Of a DNA stretch of 38,222 nt, positions 25,253 to 34,033 are shown piece after piece. A program made the translations under genes and the position numbers. The notes beneath the pieces are model-generated. The model made no database searches, had not been told where the DNA came from, and saw nothing but the letters and a program-made list of their open reading frames with translations. Each line of letters opens with the position of its first letter. Position 1 is the first letter of the stretch. The DNA is from a virus (lineage: Duplodnaviria > Caudoviricetes). The stretch covers positions 1-38,222 of the IMG/VR virus record IMGVR_UViG_3300020426_000013. One strand, 5' to 3'.

Positions 25253-25954
25253 TCAGTCGTCGGGGTAGAGTCGCTTTGCGACATCCGGTTGGACCGTCGC
25301 CCCGGCGTCGGAGCGGACGAATGCACCGTCTTCGCCGACCATCTCGCCGATCTTGCGGAATGCGAAGATCATGTCGCGATGGTTGCCGAAGCCGGTCTCG
25401 GTGAGCGCCTGGCGGAAGGGATGCCCCTCCGTGAACCCGAGCGCATCGAGCCCTTTCGCGGAAAGATGGACCGTCTCGTCCCAGTTCTTTCCGCCGATCG
25501 TTTCGTCTTTCTTGGCGATGGCGAGCCAGTCGGCCCGCTGCTGCCCCGCCGCGTCGACCAGCTGCTGCATCACGCCGTCGCGGGTGCGCTCGACCAGCTG
25601 GTTGGCGACCGGCAGCAGCGTGTTCGCCTGATCGTTCGTCAGGCCGAGCTCGCGCAGCACGGGTTCCGCCGCTTCCACGAGCGGCGCGTCCAGATCGACG
25701 CCTTCCAGCGCCAGTTCGTACTTTTCGGGCGGGCCTTGCGCGGCAGCATCGTCCGCCGCGCCGTCTTCGCTTACCTCGCCCGGTTCGTCGGCGGGCTCTT
25801 TGCCGCCAAGCACGGTTCCATCGGCGTCGGTATCGGTGGTGGGCTGATCGGCGGCAGCAGTGTCCGCGGTCGCGGACGTGTCCGGCTGCTGCTCGGTCGC
25901 GGTCTCTTCACTCGTCGATTGCGTCGTATCGGTTGTGGTCGCTTCGTCTGCCAT
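25253..25954 (-). CDS. Capsid scaffolding protein
   Basis: Acidic low-complexity N-terminus, PEKYE, TGFGNH, KIGE...ED, terminal LYP. Confidence 0.8.
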   Translation of the reverse strand: MADEATTTDTTQSTSEETATEQQPDTSATADTAAADQPTTDTDADGTVLGGKEPADEPGEVSEDGAADDAAAQGPPEKYELALEGVDLDAPLVEAAEPVLRELGLTNDQANTLLPVANQLVERTRDGVMQQLVDAAGQQRADWLAIAKKDETIGGKNWDETVHLSAKGLDALGFTEGHPFRQALTETGFGNHRDMIFAFRKIGEMVGEDGAFVRSDAGATVQPDVAKRLYPDD

Positions 25955-26243
25955 CGGGTTTCTCCTTTGCGGGGGCAGGGTTCAGATGTTCGATGAGAAT
26001 GCTGTTGATCGTCGCGAGCGCTTCCGGCGATTGGAGCGCGTCGGGTTGGCCTTGATCGACCATCGCCAGCATTTCGAACCCCAGGCTTCGACGCCCCTCG
26101 TAGAAGCCGAGGTCACGCCCGCTTTGCCCGTTGGCCCCGCTCGTATGGCCGAGCAGGCCGGCGCTTTGAATCGCGGCGTAGAGGAAGCGGCGAAACTCCG
26201 GTCGCCCAAGCAGGAACATTGCGTCTGCGCGGTCGATCGTCAC
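25908..26243 (-). CDS. Small head-module protein (Bbp19-like)
   Basis: PEFRRFL...FYEGRRSLG motif between portal and scaffold. Confidence 0.7.
   Translation of the reverse strand: MTIDRADAMFLLGRPEFRRFLYAAIQSAGLLGHTSGANGQSGRDLGFYEGRRSLGFEMLAMVDQGQPDALQSPEALATINSILIEHLNPAPAKEKPDGRRSDHNRYDAIDE
26142..26174 (-). promoter_or_regulatory. Putative late promoter (intragenic) upstream of scaffold/capsid
   Basis: GCGATTCAA-N18-CATACG. Confidence 0.55.
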
Positions 26244-27904
26244 AGGGCGGGCACCGGGGCTTGCGTGCCGAGATCGCTTTCGGACAGGAGGCGCGCAGCT
26301 TCGATGCCATCCTTGGCAGGCGCGGCCATCTCGGCCATCTGCTGCATCTGCTGCTGCTGTGCGCGCTGCGCCCGGATTTCCTCGACCTTCTGCATCGGGC
26401 GGATGATCTTGGGCGGCGTGCCTGCGCGGCTCGCGTATTCGCGCGCCATCTCGTCGCTGTCGAAATTGTCGAGGATGTCGGGGAACGCGCCCGCCGCATT
26501 GCCCGCGAACCCGGCGGCCTTTTCGATCTGGCCCAGCCCAACCATGCGCTGCATCTGCGAAAGGATCGACACGAACTCGATGTCGATCGGCGAACCGGCC
26601 AGCGCTTCGGGCACCGGCGGCAGCAGGTTGCCCGCGCTCATGATCTCGAAGGTTCGGTCGATCGCAACCTCAAGCTTTTCGCTGTTCACCCGCTCGATAA
26701 CCGGGCCAAGCTGCGTCAGCTTTTCCTCGTTCCGCGACGCGATCTCTTCCATGTTGCGGGGCTGGATGCCGCGCATGTTCGTGATTGCGTTGAACAGGTC
26801 GGCGTAGCTCAGCGCGTCGATCTGCTGCTGGCACTTTTCGATCTCGGCGCCGATCGCCGCGACCGACTGGTAGGGCACCTGGTAGGGGATGACGACCTGG
26901 TCCTGCGTCAGCCCGGACGTCGAGAACTTGCGCCCCGGTTCGCCGGTCAGCCGCACGCCCGCAGGCACGCCCATCTCAGGCTTGACCATCTGGTCGATCG
27001 CCTCATTGCGCCGCTTGCTCTGCATCTGCAGCTCGCGCAACGCGGGCAGCGCTTCCATCCCGGGCGAGACGCCGTAGGTATCCCCGCCGACCACATCCCA
27101 GCGCGGAGCCCAGAACGGCTTGCTGTCGAATCCGGACTTGCGCAGCACCGTGTCGCGGCTGTCGTCCGCGTCCCAGTAGACCGAGCGGTAGGGCTTCGAA
27201 CCGAAGCGGTGCGGGTCGTATTCGCTGTCACGCTCGATCGCGTGGTAGGCGTTGACCTCGGTGGTGTAGTTGCCCTTGTCGTAGTCGGTGCGGATGCGGT
27301 TCGAGACGCTGTTGCCGAACATCTGCATCGCTTGGCGCACCGTGATCGGGCACCGGCGGTAGAGCGTGTCCGCGGTCAGGCTGTCGTCCAGCGCAATCCA
27401 GTATTCGCCGAAGGTCAGCTGGTGGCAGACCGCGCCGACCGAGCGATGCGCCATCATGATGCACGCCTCGGTCCCGAACAGGCCGAGCTCGGCATATCCG
27501 GACTTCACGGCGCCGTAGAAATTGGTGCTCGACAGGAAGGCGTAGATGCGGCGCTCGACGTCGCTCAGCCACTCGCGCACGCCAGGCTGCTCGTTCAGGT
27601 CTTCGTCGGGCAGGCGCAGGGTGAACCACGGACGCGACGGGCTCGACAGGCCGCTGGTCATGCCATTTGTCAGCGTGCGGAAGGCTTCGATGCCGTGGCT
27701 GTCGAGTAGCTTGCGGTTGCGCAGGCGGCGCTTGCCCGGCTCGTCCTTGTTGCCCGCGAGGAAGCGCGAGCGGGCGGGCTGTGCGAACCGGGCGATCTCG
27801 CGGATTTCATCGTCGTAGTCGCGGCGAACGCCTTTCAGCGCCTCGAGCCGCTTGGTCAGCTGGTCGCGGATGCCTGCCGTGCTTGAGGAACGCGCCTCGT
27901 CCAT
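26240..27904 (-). CDS. Portal (head-tail connector) protein
   Basis: SGLSSPSRPWF, PRWDV..G.TYG.SPGMEAL, RNEEKLTQLGPVIER. Confidence 0.93.
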   Translation of the reverse strand: MDEARSSSTAGIRDQLTKRLEALKGVRRDYDDEIREIARFAQPARSRFLAGNKDEPGKRRLRNRKLLDSHGIEAFRTLTNGMTSGLSSPSRPWFTLRLPDEDLNEQPGVREWLSDVERRIYAFLSSTNFYGAVKSGYAELGLFGTEACIMMAHRSVGAVCHQLTFGEYWIALDDSLTADTLYRRCPITVRQAMQMFGNSVSNRIRTDYDKGNYTTEVNAYHAIERDSEYDPHRFGSKPYRSVYWDADDSRDTVLRKSGFDSKPFWAPRWDVVGGDTYGVSPGMEALPALRELQMQSKRRNEAIDQMVKPEMGVPAGVRLTGEPGRKFSTSGLTQDQVVIPYQVPYQSVAAIGAEIEKCQQQIDALSYADLFNAITNMRGIQPRNMEEIASRNEEKLTQLGPVIERVNSEKLEVAIDRTFEIMSAGNLLPPVPEALAGSPIDIEFVSILSQMQRMVGLGQIEKAAGFAGNAAGAFPDILDNFDSDEMAREYASRAGTPPKIIRPMQKVEEIRAQRAQQQQMQQMAEMAAPAKDGIEAARLLSESDLGTQAPVPAL

Positions 27905-28083
27905 CAGCCGAGCGTCGGGTTGGTGACCTGCGGGTTGCCAAGGCCGTTCGGGTTGGTGACGAGCCCCGCCATGATCGCGCGGCGGCGCAGCTTGTCACCG
28001 CCGCGCTGGGGCGTGTTGCCGGTCGGCAGCTTTGCCGCCTGACGCTGCGGGGCTTCGGGAACCTCGGGAGCGGAAATGCAGAT
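27904..28083 (-). CDS. Small pre-portal virion protein, 59 aa, apparent ATC start
   Basis: AGGAGG-N5-ATC TGC...; (M)CISAPEVPEAPQRQAAKLP...TLG; stop overlaps the portal ATG (TGATG). Confidence 0.7.
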   Translation of the reverse strand: MCISAPEVPEAPQRQAAKLPTGNTPQRGGDKLRRRAIMAGLVTNPNGLGNPQVTNPTLG

Positions 28084-28107
28084 GGTCGCCTCCTGTGACT
28101 AGGAGGC

Positions 28108-28140
28108 GGGATAAGCGGCTCAGCGCTGGCGTTGAATCGC
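28108..28140 (-). promoter_or_regulatory. Putative late promoter upstream of the portal operon
   Basis: GCGATTCAA-N18-TATCCC. Confidence 0.65.
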
Positions 28141-28145
28141 GGAGG

Positions 28146-28373
28146 CTAGAACCCGAAGGCGATCGAAATCGCCATGATGCTTGACCAGATGCCCAATGGC
28201 ACCCACCCGCTCTTCTCACCATGCGGCTGCTTCATGGTGAACAACCAACCAGCAACCATTGCGACCGCCCACAGAAGCCAGCCTTCGACGCCATAGAGGA
28301 TTTGTGTCAGCAGGAATGTCGCGAGCGCCGAATGCCAGAATTTGATGCGGGGAATCGGATTCGGTGCGGCCAT
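28146..28373 (-). CDS. Small membrane protein (moron-like), 75 aa
   Basis: Hydrophobic segments, AT-richer codons; start ATG 28373 inferred. Confidence 0.55.
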   Translation of the reverse strand: MAAPNPIPRIKFWHSALATFLLTQILYGVEGWLLWAVAMVAGWLFTMKQPHGEKSGWVPLGIWSSIMAISIAFGF

Positions 28374-28408
28374 GAAGCGCCGTATAGCACGAAGTTGGTA
28401 GGGCTTGG

Positions 28409-28591
28409 CTATAACTCCTCGTACCGATCCCGCGACCCAACCTCGCGCGGCGGACAGGGCGGCAGCGTCGCCTCGCGGTCGTACTGCGCGCGCAGGGCTG
28501 GCAGGTTGCGCCTGATCCAGTCGCGCGGGTAGCCCTTCGCGATCTCGGCTTCGCGCAGCCACGCGGTGAAGGCGGGGTCAGAGCTCGGCAT
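28409..28591 (-). CDS. Small hypothetical protein, 60 aa
   Basis: SD GGAGG before ATG 28591, overlaps the terL 3' end. Confidence 0.55.
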   Translation of the reverse strand: MPSSDPAFTAWLREAEIAKGYPRDWIRRNLPALRAQYDREATLPPCPPREVGSRDRYEEL

Positions 28592-30071
28592 AGCGATCAC
28601 CTCCCGTTCCGTAGTTCACCGGGTCCATGTAGCCCGGCACCGCGCGCGGCAATACCGGCTCGGCGAAGGTGCAGGCCAGCGCGTCGGCGTGGTCGGGCGA
28701 GGGCAGGCCCCGTTTCTTCATGTGCTCCTTGCGCTCGAGCTCGATAGCCTGATTGGCATCGAAGCCGTATTCCGGGCCAATGAGGTCGTCCCGCAGGTCT
28801 TGGCTAGCAGGAATGCACCCGCCGCGCAGCCACGCGCGCATTTTCGCCCAGATATCCGCCCGCTTGTTCTTGGTGCGGATCGACACCCCCGGCTCGAGCT
28901 CGGCTTCCCCACCCTTGCCCCCGAACCAGACTTCGACGACCGGCGTGTCGGGCAGCAGTTGGCGCAACCGATCGACCACCGCGCCGCCAATATTGCCCGC
29001 GTCGACGAAAATCATGTCCGGATGCCAGCGTTGCGCCTCGAGCGTGATATCCGCGGCGAGCGTCATCGCGTCCTGCTGCGCCCAGGTCTTCCACGGACGC
29101 GAGCGCGCATCGCGGCCGCAGCGGATGGCCAGCACGGACTTGTCATCACCGAACCGCGCGCAGTCGACGCCGAAGATCACCGGGTCAGAGCCGAGTGAAT
29201 GCGGCGCCTCGCGCTCCTGCGCCTGCTCGACCAAGTCGACACCGATGAACTGCATGGTTGACGCGGATGGGAACTGCCCCAGCACGCGCACCCGAGCGAT
29301 GTCGCTGTCCTCGCCGTAGGTGTCGACGATCTCCTGCAGGTAGGTCTTGTTCGTGCCCTCGACCGTGCGGCTGTCGATGTTGCGGGTGTGCCAGAGGTGG
29401 CGCTGCTTGCCGAAGCACTCGCGGAACGCGCCGGTGTTCTTCGTCGGGTTCCCGAACGCGATCCAGATGATCTCGGTGTTCTCGTCGGTCAGTGCGCCCA
29501 GCGTCACCTCCCAGACCTTGTCCGCAACGCCCGAGGCTTCGTCGTAGATCACGACGATGCGCTTGCCCTCGTTATGCAGGCCGGCGAACGCTTCGGTGTT
29601 ATTCTCCGACCATGTGACAAGATCCGCGCGCCACGACTTTTCGCGTCCGGGCATGGTGCTGACCAAGCTGGTGGCGTTCGCGCGGAACCAGTCGCGGGTG
29701 ATCGCGAGCCGGTTCCACTTGGCGATTTCGGGGCTGGTCTTGGTGAGCAGCTGCGTCTCGGTGTTCGCGGTGACCACGATGCGCGTGTCGACGCAGGTGT
29801 CGAGCGCCCACTTCACGATCATCCCGATCTCGGCCGACTTGCCGATCCCGTGGCCAGACGCGACCGCGATGCGGCAGGGCTGAAACCGCGTCTCCGGGTT
29901 CTGCAGGTGGTCGCGAATACGCTTGAGCTCGCGCGCCTGCCATTCGCGCGGTCCGGTAGCATTGGCAAGATCGCCCTCACCCCAGGGGAAGGCGAAATGA
30001 GCGTAACCGAAGGGGTCGAGCCGAAACTCGCCGATGCGCCTAGCGAGGTCGAGGCGAGGATCACGCGACAA
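28578..30071 (-). CDS. terL: Terminase large subunit
   Basis: Walker A VASGHGIGKS, Walker B IYDEAS, nuclease GVDCARFGDD and SPDHADALA; TTG start at 30071 after GGAGG. Confidence 0.95.
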   Translation of the reverse strand: MSRDPRLDLARRIGEFRLDPFGYAHFAFPWGEGDLANATGPREWQARELKRIRDHLQNPETRFQPCRIAVASGHGIGKSAEIGMIVKWALDTCVDTRIVVTANTETQLLTKTSPEIAKWNRLAITRDWFRANATSLVSTMPGREKSWRADLVTWSENNTEAFAGLHNEGKRIVVIYDEASGVADKVWEVTLGALTDENTEIIWIAFGNPTKNTGAFRECFGKQRHLWHTRNIDSRTVEGTNKTYLQEIVDTYGEDSDIARVRVLGQFPSASTMQFIGVDLVEQAQEREAPHSLGSDPVIFGVDCARFGDDKSVLAIRCGRDARSRPWKTWAQQDAMTLAADITLEAQRWHPDMIFVDAGNIGGAVVDRLRQLLPDTPVVEVWFGGKGGEAELEPGVSIRTKNKRADIWAKMRAWLRGGCIPASQDLRDDLIGPEYGFDANQAIELERKEHMKKRGLPSPDHADALACTFAEPVLPRAVPGYMDPVNYGTGGDRYAEL

Positions 30072-30312
30072 CCGCCACCTCCCTGGCCGGGATTGCCGGG
30101 CCCAGCGCGGAGACGAACCTGTCGGCGCGATACCCGCCACGCCAGCCGATGCTTTCGAAACCTACGAGGTGCAGCCCGAGTTGGTCCGCCTCATCCACGC
30201 CCACCGACTCCACCACGTACTCGCCACCTTGCTCGATCGCGAGCGGGGTTTCGTGCGGCCAGCGCGGCGTGTCGTCGACGCACAGGACGAGGCTTCCGGC
30301 TGCGAACATCAT
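30061..30312 (-). CDS. Hypothetical protein between terS and terL
   Basis: GSLVLCVDD...GGEYVV...YRADRF; overlaps on both sides. Confidence 0.65.
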   Translation of the reverse strand: MMFAAGSLVLCVDDTPRWPHETPLAIEQGGEYVVESVGVDEADQLGLHLVGFESIGWRGGYRADRFVSALGPAIPAREVAVVA

Positions 30313-30812
30313 TCCGCCTGCGAAGCCCGCGCATTGCCCGCCTGGATCGCCGCGGCGAGGTCTTGCCCGACGTCATGCTCGACGCGATCCTTGAACATGC
30401 CGAGGTGCCTGCCAAGGCTGACCAGCGACCCGGCCTTGTCTGCGAGCTTGAGCGTGAAGTTGCCCGCCTTGTCCCAAGACCAGCCAACGATCGCGCGCCT
30501 GACGTCTTCGGGCAGGTTCGCGATGTCCTCCGGCTTGGTCACCGGCGTGCGAACCAGATCGGCGGGGTCGTAGAAGCCCATCCGCACGAACTCTTCGACG
30601 ATGCGCTCCTGCGTCACGCCTGCCTTTTCGGCCAGTGCCGCTAGTCGTTCATCTATCGCGGCCTTTACCTTAACATTGCTTAGCAGACGTGATGCGGTGA
30701 CTTCGGCAGTCGGCGCGCTGTAGCCAGCCCGGATTGCAGCCTGCTTCCCGTTGCAGTCGGTGGGGTACTCTTCGACGAAGCGCTGCTGCTTCGGTGTCAG
30801 CCCTTCGTTCAT
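30309..30812 (-). CDS. terS: Terminase small subunit
   Basis: LTPKQQRFVEEY...QAAIRAGYS...ASRLLSNVKV...LGRHLGMF; SD GGAGG. Confidence 0.93.
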   Translation of the reverse strand: MNEGLTPKQQRFVEEYPTDCNGKQAAIRAGYSAPTAEVTASRLLSNVKVKAAIDERLAALAEKAGVTQERIVEEFVRMGFYDPADLVRTPVTKPEDIANLPEDVRRAIVGWSWDKAGNFTLKLADKAGSLVSLGRHLGMFKDRVEHDVGQDLAAAIQAGNARASQAE

Positions 30813-31132
30813 GTGATCCTCCTCGACTGCTTGGCGAGCCTGCCGGATGCGGAGCCTGCGCCACGCGGTACGTGCTTGCGCCTGCTGCGCTGCCCTTCGG
30901 GTCTCGCGGTCCACTTGCCAGTAGCACAAACCTGCACGCGCCTGAATCGCTGATATCGCTCCACCCTGATCAACCCTTTTTGCTCAAGCCTGCGGACGAG
31001 GGACGAGCCCATGCTTGCCGACGAGAACCCGGTGAGGTCTTCGATGTCGAGATTAAGCGGACAGGGCAGCCCTGCATCGGCAGCGGCACAGATCGCCTGG
31101 TAGGTCATGCGCTCGGCATAGGTCAGGTCCAT
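30809..31132 (-). CDS. LexA-N-like winged-helix protein, candidate late regulator
   Basis: YQAI...G.PCP...I....G.SS...LVRRLEQKGLIRV; sits between replication and packaging genes. Confidence 0.65.
   Translation of the reverse strand: MDLTYAERMTYQAICAAADAGLPCPLNLDIEDLTGFSSASMGSSLVRRLEQKGLIRVERYQRFRRVQVCATGKWTARPEGQRSRRKHVPRGAGSASGRLAKQSRRIT
30918..30950 (-). promoter_or_regulatory. Putative late promoter upstream of terS (one-mismatch variant)
   Basis: GCGATTCAG-N18-TACTGG. Confidence 0.55.
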
Positions 31133-31159
31133 CACACCCTCCCCGGATGGGGTTGGGGG

Positions 31160-31425
31160 TGTCTACCAAGTCCTCGCGCGCGCACGCGATACGGCCCCTT
31201 TTTCACTATACTTCTCTTTAGAATTGAAAGTAGACATAGTAGACACCGATAGAAAGCTCTGAAATTAAACGCAAAATCCTGTCTACAAAGTTGTCTACAA
31301 TCCATCGTCGAAATTCCAGCTTGTAGGCATCCATTCATCGCATCGGCCTCCAAAATGAACAGGTGTCTACAAGCCGCAATTCAGCCACATTACTGTAGAC
31401 AGGTTGGTAGACGGGATCGTAGACA
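31160..31425. repeat. GTAGAC(A) iteron cluster in AT-rich DNA, putative replication origin
   Basis: Nine copies in both orientations directly downstream of the VapE helicase gene. Confidence 0.7.
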
Positions 31426-31428
31426 GAG

Positions 31429-32622
31429 CTAACCATCTGGCTTCCTTCGGAAAATCCGGACAGACCTACGCCGCCCAGACCCATCGCTGACCTTGCTGGG
31501 AGACGCGTCCTGGACGAAACCAAGCCGCTTCAAGCTGGCCGACGCGCGCATTTGCGCCCGCTTGTCCATTCGCTCATGGGGCACGCCCAGCTCATAGAGC
31601 GCCTTCACAATCGTCATCGTCTGGTGCATCGCGATCTTGTCGGCGAGAATTTCGTCCCAGACATCGTACTCCTCACGATCCCCGGTTTCGCGTTCGGCCA
31701 GCTTCTGCTCTTCCGCGTCGAGCCACCAGCGCTCGCCATCGCGGTAGGCAGCAAGGGCTTCCGCCCAGAGCTGGTCGCGCTGACGTTCGATCAGTTTGAG
31801 GTCCGCTTGCACCACCTCGACCGGCCAGTAGCGGCGGTTGCCGGTGCTGTCGGTTAAATAGCCCATTTCACCCGGATTGATCGTGCCGAAGAAGATGCAC
31901 TGGCGCGGGTGGTCGGTCGCCATCTTGGCATAGGGCAACACCACGCGATCGGAGCGCATAGACAGCATACCCTTGACCGTGTTCTGATCGCGCTTGGCGA
32001 TCGCGATAAACTCGGCCAGCTCGACGACCCATGACCCCATCATCGCCATGACCATCTTGTTGTGCTGGTCGAACAGGTTGACGCTTTCCGCAGTCCAGTC
32101 CTCTCCGAACAGCGTTGCGATGGCGGACGATTTCTTGATGCCCTGCGGGCCTTCCAGCACCAGCACGGTGTCGACCTTGCAGCCCGGCTTGTAGGCGCGC
32201 GCGACGGCGGCGATCAGGGTGCGACGGCCGACCAGGCGATTGAATTGCGTGTTCGGTGCGCCCAGGCAAAGATGCAGCCAGAGGTCGAGCCTTGGCCTAC
32301 CATCCCATTTGAGACCGTCGAGATAGTCTCGGACCGGGTGATAGGCGTGCTTTTTCGCGTGACGGACGACAGCAGGCAGAAGATCGTTTACGTTCGGCTC
32401 AAAGCCCTCGGCTTCGAGCAGCACGCGAATATCGACGAGGTGCCCGTCATCGATTGGCTCACGGTTCCATTCGACACGCTGCGCCAGCTCGTTCCAGCAG
32501 AGGCGCGTGCCTAGATCAGGCAGGCCGTCGAGAAACAGCATCAGGTTGGTGATGGTCTTCTTGTAGCCGCGGTTCGTGCCAGACAGACGGTTTTTCCAGA
32601 GGTGGTGTACTTCCGCCATCAT
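31429..32622 (-). CDS. VapE (virulence-associated E) family replicative helicase
   Basis: YHPVRDYL..LKWDG.PRL, PGCKVD.VLVLEGPQGIKKS, WVVELAE, YLTDSTGNRRYWP. Confidence 0.92.
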   Translation of the reverse strand: MMAEVHHLWKNRLSGTNRGYKKTITNLMLFLDGLPDLGTRLCWNELAQRVEWNREPIDDGHLVDIRVLLEAEGFEPNVNDLLPAVVRHAKKHAYHPVRDYLDGLKWDGRPRLDLWLHLCLGAPNTQFNRLVGRRTLIAAVARAYKPGCKVDTVLVLEGPQGIKKSSAIATLFGEDWTAESVNLFDQHNKMVMAMMGSWVVELAEFIAIAKRDQNTVKGMLSMRSDRVVLPYAKMATDHPRQCIFFGTINPGEMGYLTDSTGNRRYWPVEVVQADLKLIERQRDQLWAEALAAYRDGERWWLDAEEQKLAERETGDREEYDVWDEILADKIAMHQTMTIVKALYELGVPHERMDKRAQMRASASLKRLGFVQDASPSKVSDGSGRRRSVRIFRRKPDG

Positions 32623-32921
32623 TCGCCCACCGCCGCCGTGATGGACTCGCTCAGCATCGCGGCTTTGACCAAGCTGCGGCAATACTCGACGGCCATCTGC
32701 AATACCGGAACCGACAGGCTGCTGCGGTAAACCACAGCACCCGCGAAATCGTGCGCTTTGCGAGCGAGCTGCGCCGCGTCTTGATCTACGGCGCGTGCCC
32801 ACAATGCAGCGGCATGGTCGCGCGCGACCAGGAGCTTGGTGCGCAGTTCCAGCTCTTCGCCTTGCGCATCGGGCAGGTAGCTGTGCACGTCGGCAGTTTG
32901 GATTTTGGTTGGTGCGTTCAT
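32619..32921 (-). CDS. Hypothetical protein
   Basis: ATGA overlaps on both sides. Confidence 0.7.
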   Translation of the reverse strand: MNAPTKIQTADVHSYLPDAQGEELELRTKLLVARDHAAALWARAVDQDAAQLARKAHDFAGAVVYRSSLSVPVLQMAVEYCRSLVKAAMLSESITAAVGE

Positions 32922-34033
32922 TGTACCACCGTCACTTTCTCGCCAGCGCGGGTGATCGCGGTGTAAAGCCAGTTCGACCGGCTTTCGCGAAACGAGCCGC
33001 TTTCATCGAACACGATGACATTGGGCCATTCGGAGCCTTGCGCCTTGTGGGTGGTGATCGCCCATCCGAAGGTGAACTCGTCGTAACGGCGACGCTCTTG
33101 CCAATGCAGGTTGCGCTCGGTTCCGGCGAAGAATTCCTCTGGAACTTCAAGCGTGAGCGGATCTCTGTTTTCGTCAAGGGAAGCGGCCTCGATCGCAAAG
33201 CAGCGGAACTTATCGCCGACGCTGCGTGCCTCCCACATCGCGCCGTTGAAGAGAGCTTTCGTGCGCCTGTTTTTCAGGCAGATGAGACGGTCGCCGGGCG
33301 CAGGATGCCAGGTCTCCGCAGAACCTTCGAGGCCCTTGAGCTGGCGAATTCGGCGGTTGTATGTGGTGCGGGTGCGATTGAGACCGCACAGGAGCTGGTC
33401 TGCACCGAGCACCAGTTCGCGAAGCCGCTCCGGTCCCACCTGGTCGCAGCGCAGCACGGAGCTTTCACCATAATCACCGAGGCTGATACGCCCGGTCTCG
33501 CGCACTTCCATGCTCATGCGGATGATGGGGTTGTCCTGCGCCTGCCGGTGCACTTCGGTCAGCATTACGTCAGGGGCTTCGTTGATGAAAAAGCCCTCAT
33601 CCTTGACCGGCGGAAGCTGCGCGGGATCGCCAAGTACGAGCACGCGCTTCTTGAAGCTGAGCAGGTCGAGCGCGAGTTCCTTGCCGACCATCGATACCTC
33701 GTCGACGACCAGAAGGGCGGCATCGGCGAGGTCACTCTCGGTGTTGAGGTTGAATGTGGCCTCTCCGGTCTGTTCGTTGACCTCCACCCGGTAAATCAGT
33801 GAATGGATCGTGCTGGCATCCTCGCATCCCTTCTTGCGCAGGACGAGCGACGCCTTGCCCGTGAACGTCGCGAACAGAACCGTTCCACGCACGGTCTTGG
33901 CCAGTTCGCGAGCCAGTGTGGTTTTCCCGGTGCCCGCGTACCCGAACAGGCGGAAAACCTGTTTGCCACGCGGGTCTTTCAACCATTCGCGGACGGCCTT
34001 GATCGCGGCGTCCTGTTGCGGAGACCAGCTCAT
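32918..34033 (-). CDS. Dda/RecD-like SF1B DNA helicase
   Basis: GYAGTGKT, VVDEVSM, LGDPAQLPPV, LTEVHRQ, TTHKAQGSEW, LYTAITR; ATG 34033. Confidence 0.93.
   Translation of the reverse strand: MSWSPQQDAAIKAVREWLKDPRGKQVFRLFGYAGTGKTTLARELAKTVRGTVLFATFTGKASLVLRKKGCEDASTIHSLIYRVEVNEQTGEATFNLNTESDLADAALLVVDEVSMVGKELALDLLSFKKRVLVLGDPAQLPPVKDEGFFINEAPDVMLTEVHRQAQDNPIIRMSMEVRETGRISLGDYGESSVLRCDQVGPERLRELVLGADQLLCGLNRTRTTYNRRIRQLKGLEGSAETWHPAPGDRLICLKNRRTKALFNGAMWEARSVGDKFRCFAIEAASLDENRDPLTLEVPEEFFAGTERNLHWQERRRYDEFTFGWAITTHKAQGSEWPNVIVFDESGSFRESRSNWLYTAITRAGEKVTVVQ

Noticed and set aside
8314-27709. Long + strand ORFs (8314-9648, 10318-11778, 11953-13641, 16325-17482, 19315-20865, 24194-25996, 26219-27709)
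   Set aside because: Antisense shadows of well-supported minus-strand genes with no recognisable motifs
31132-31523. Short ORFs 31132-31353 and 31335-31523
   Set aside because: They lie over the AT-rich iteron array with atypical codons; better explained as non-coding origin DNA
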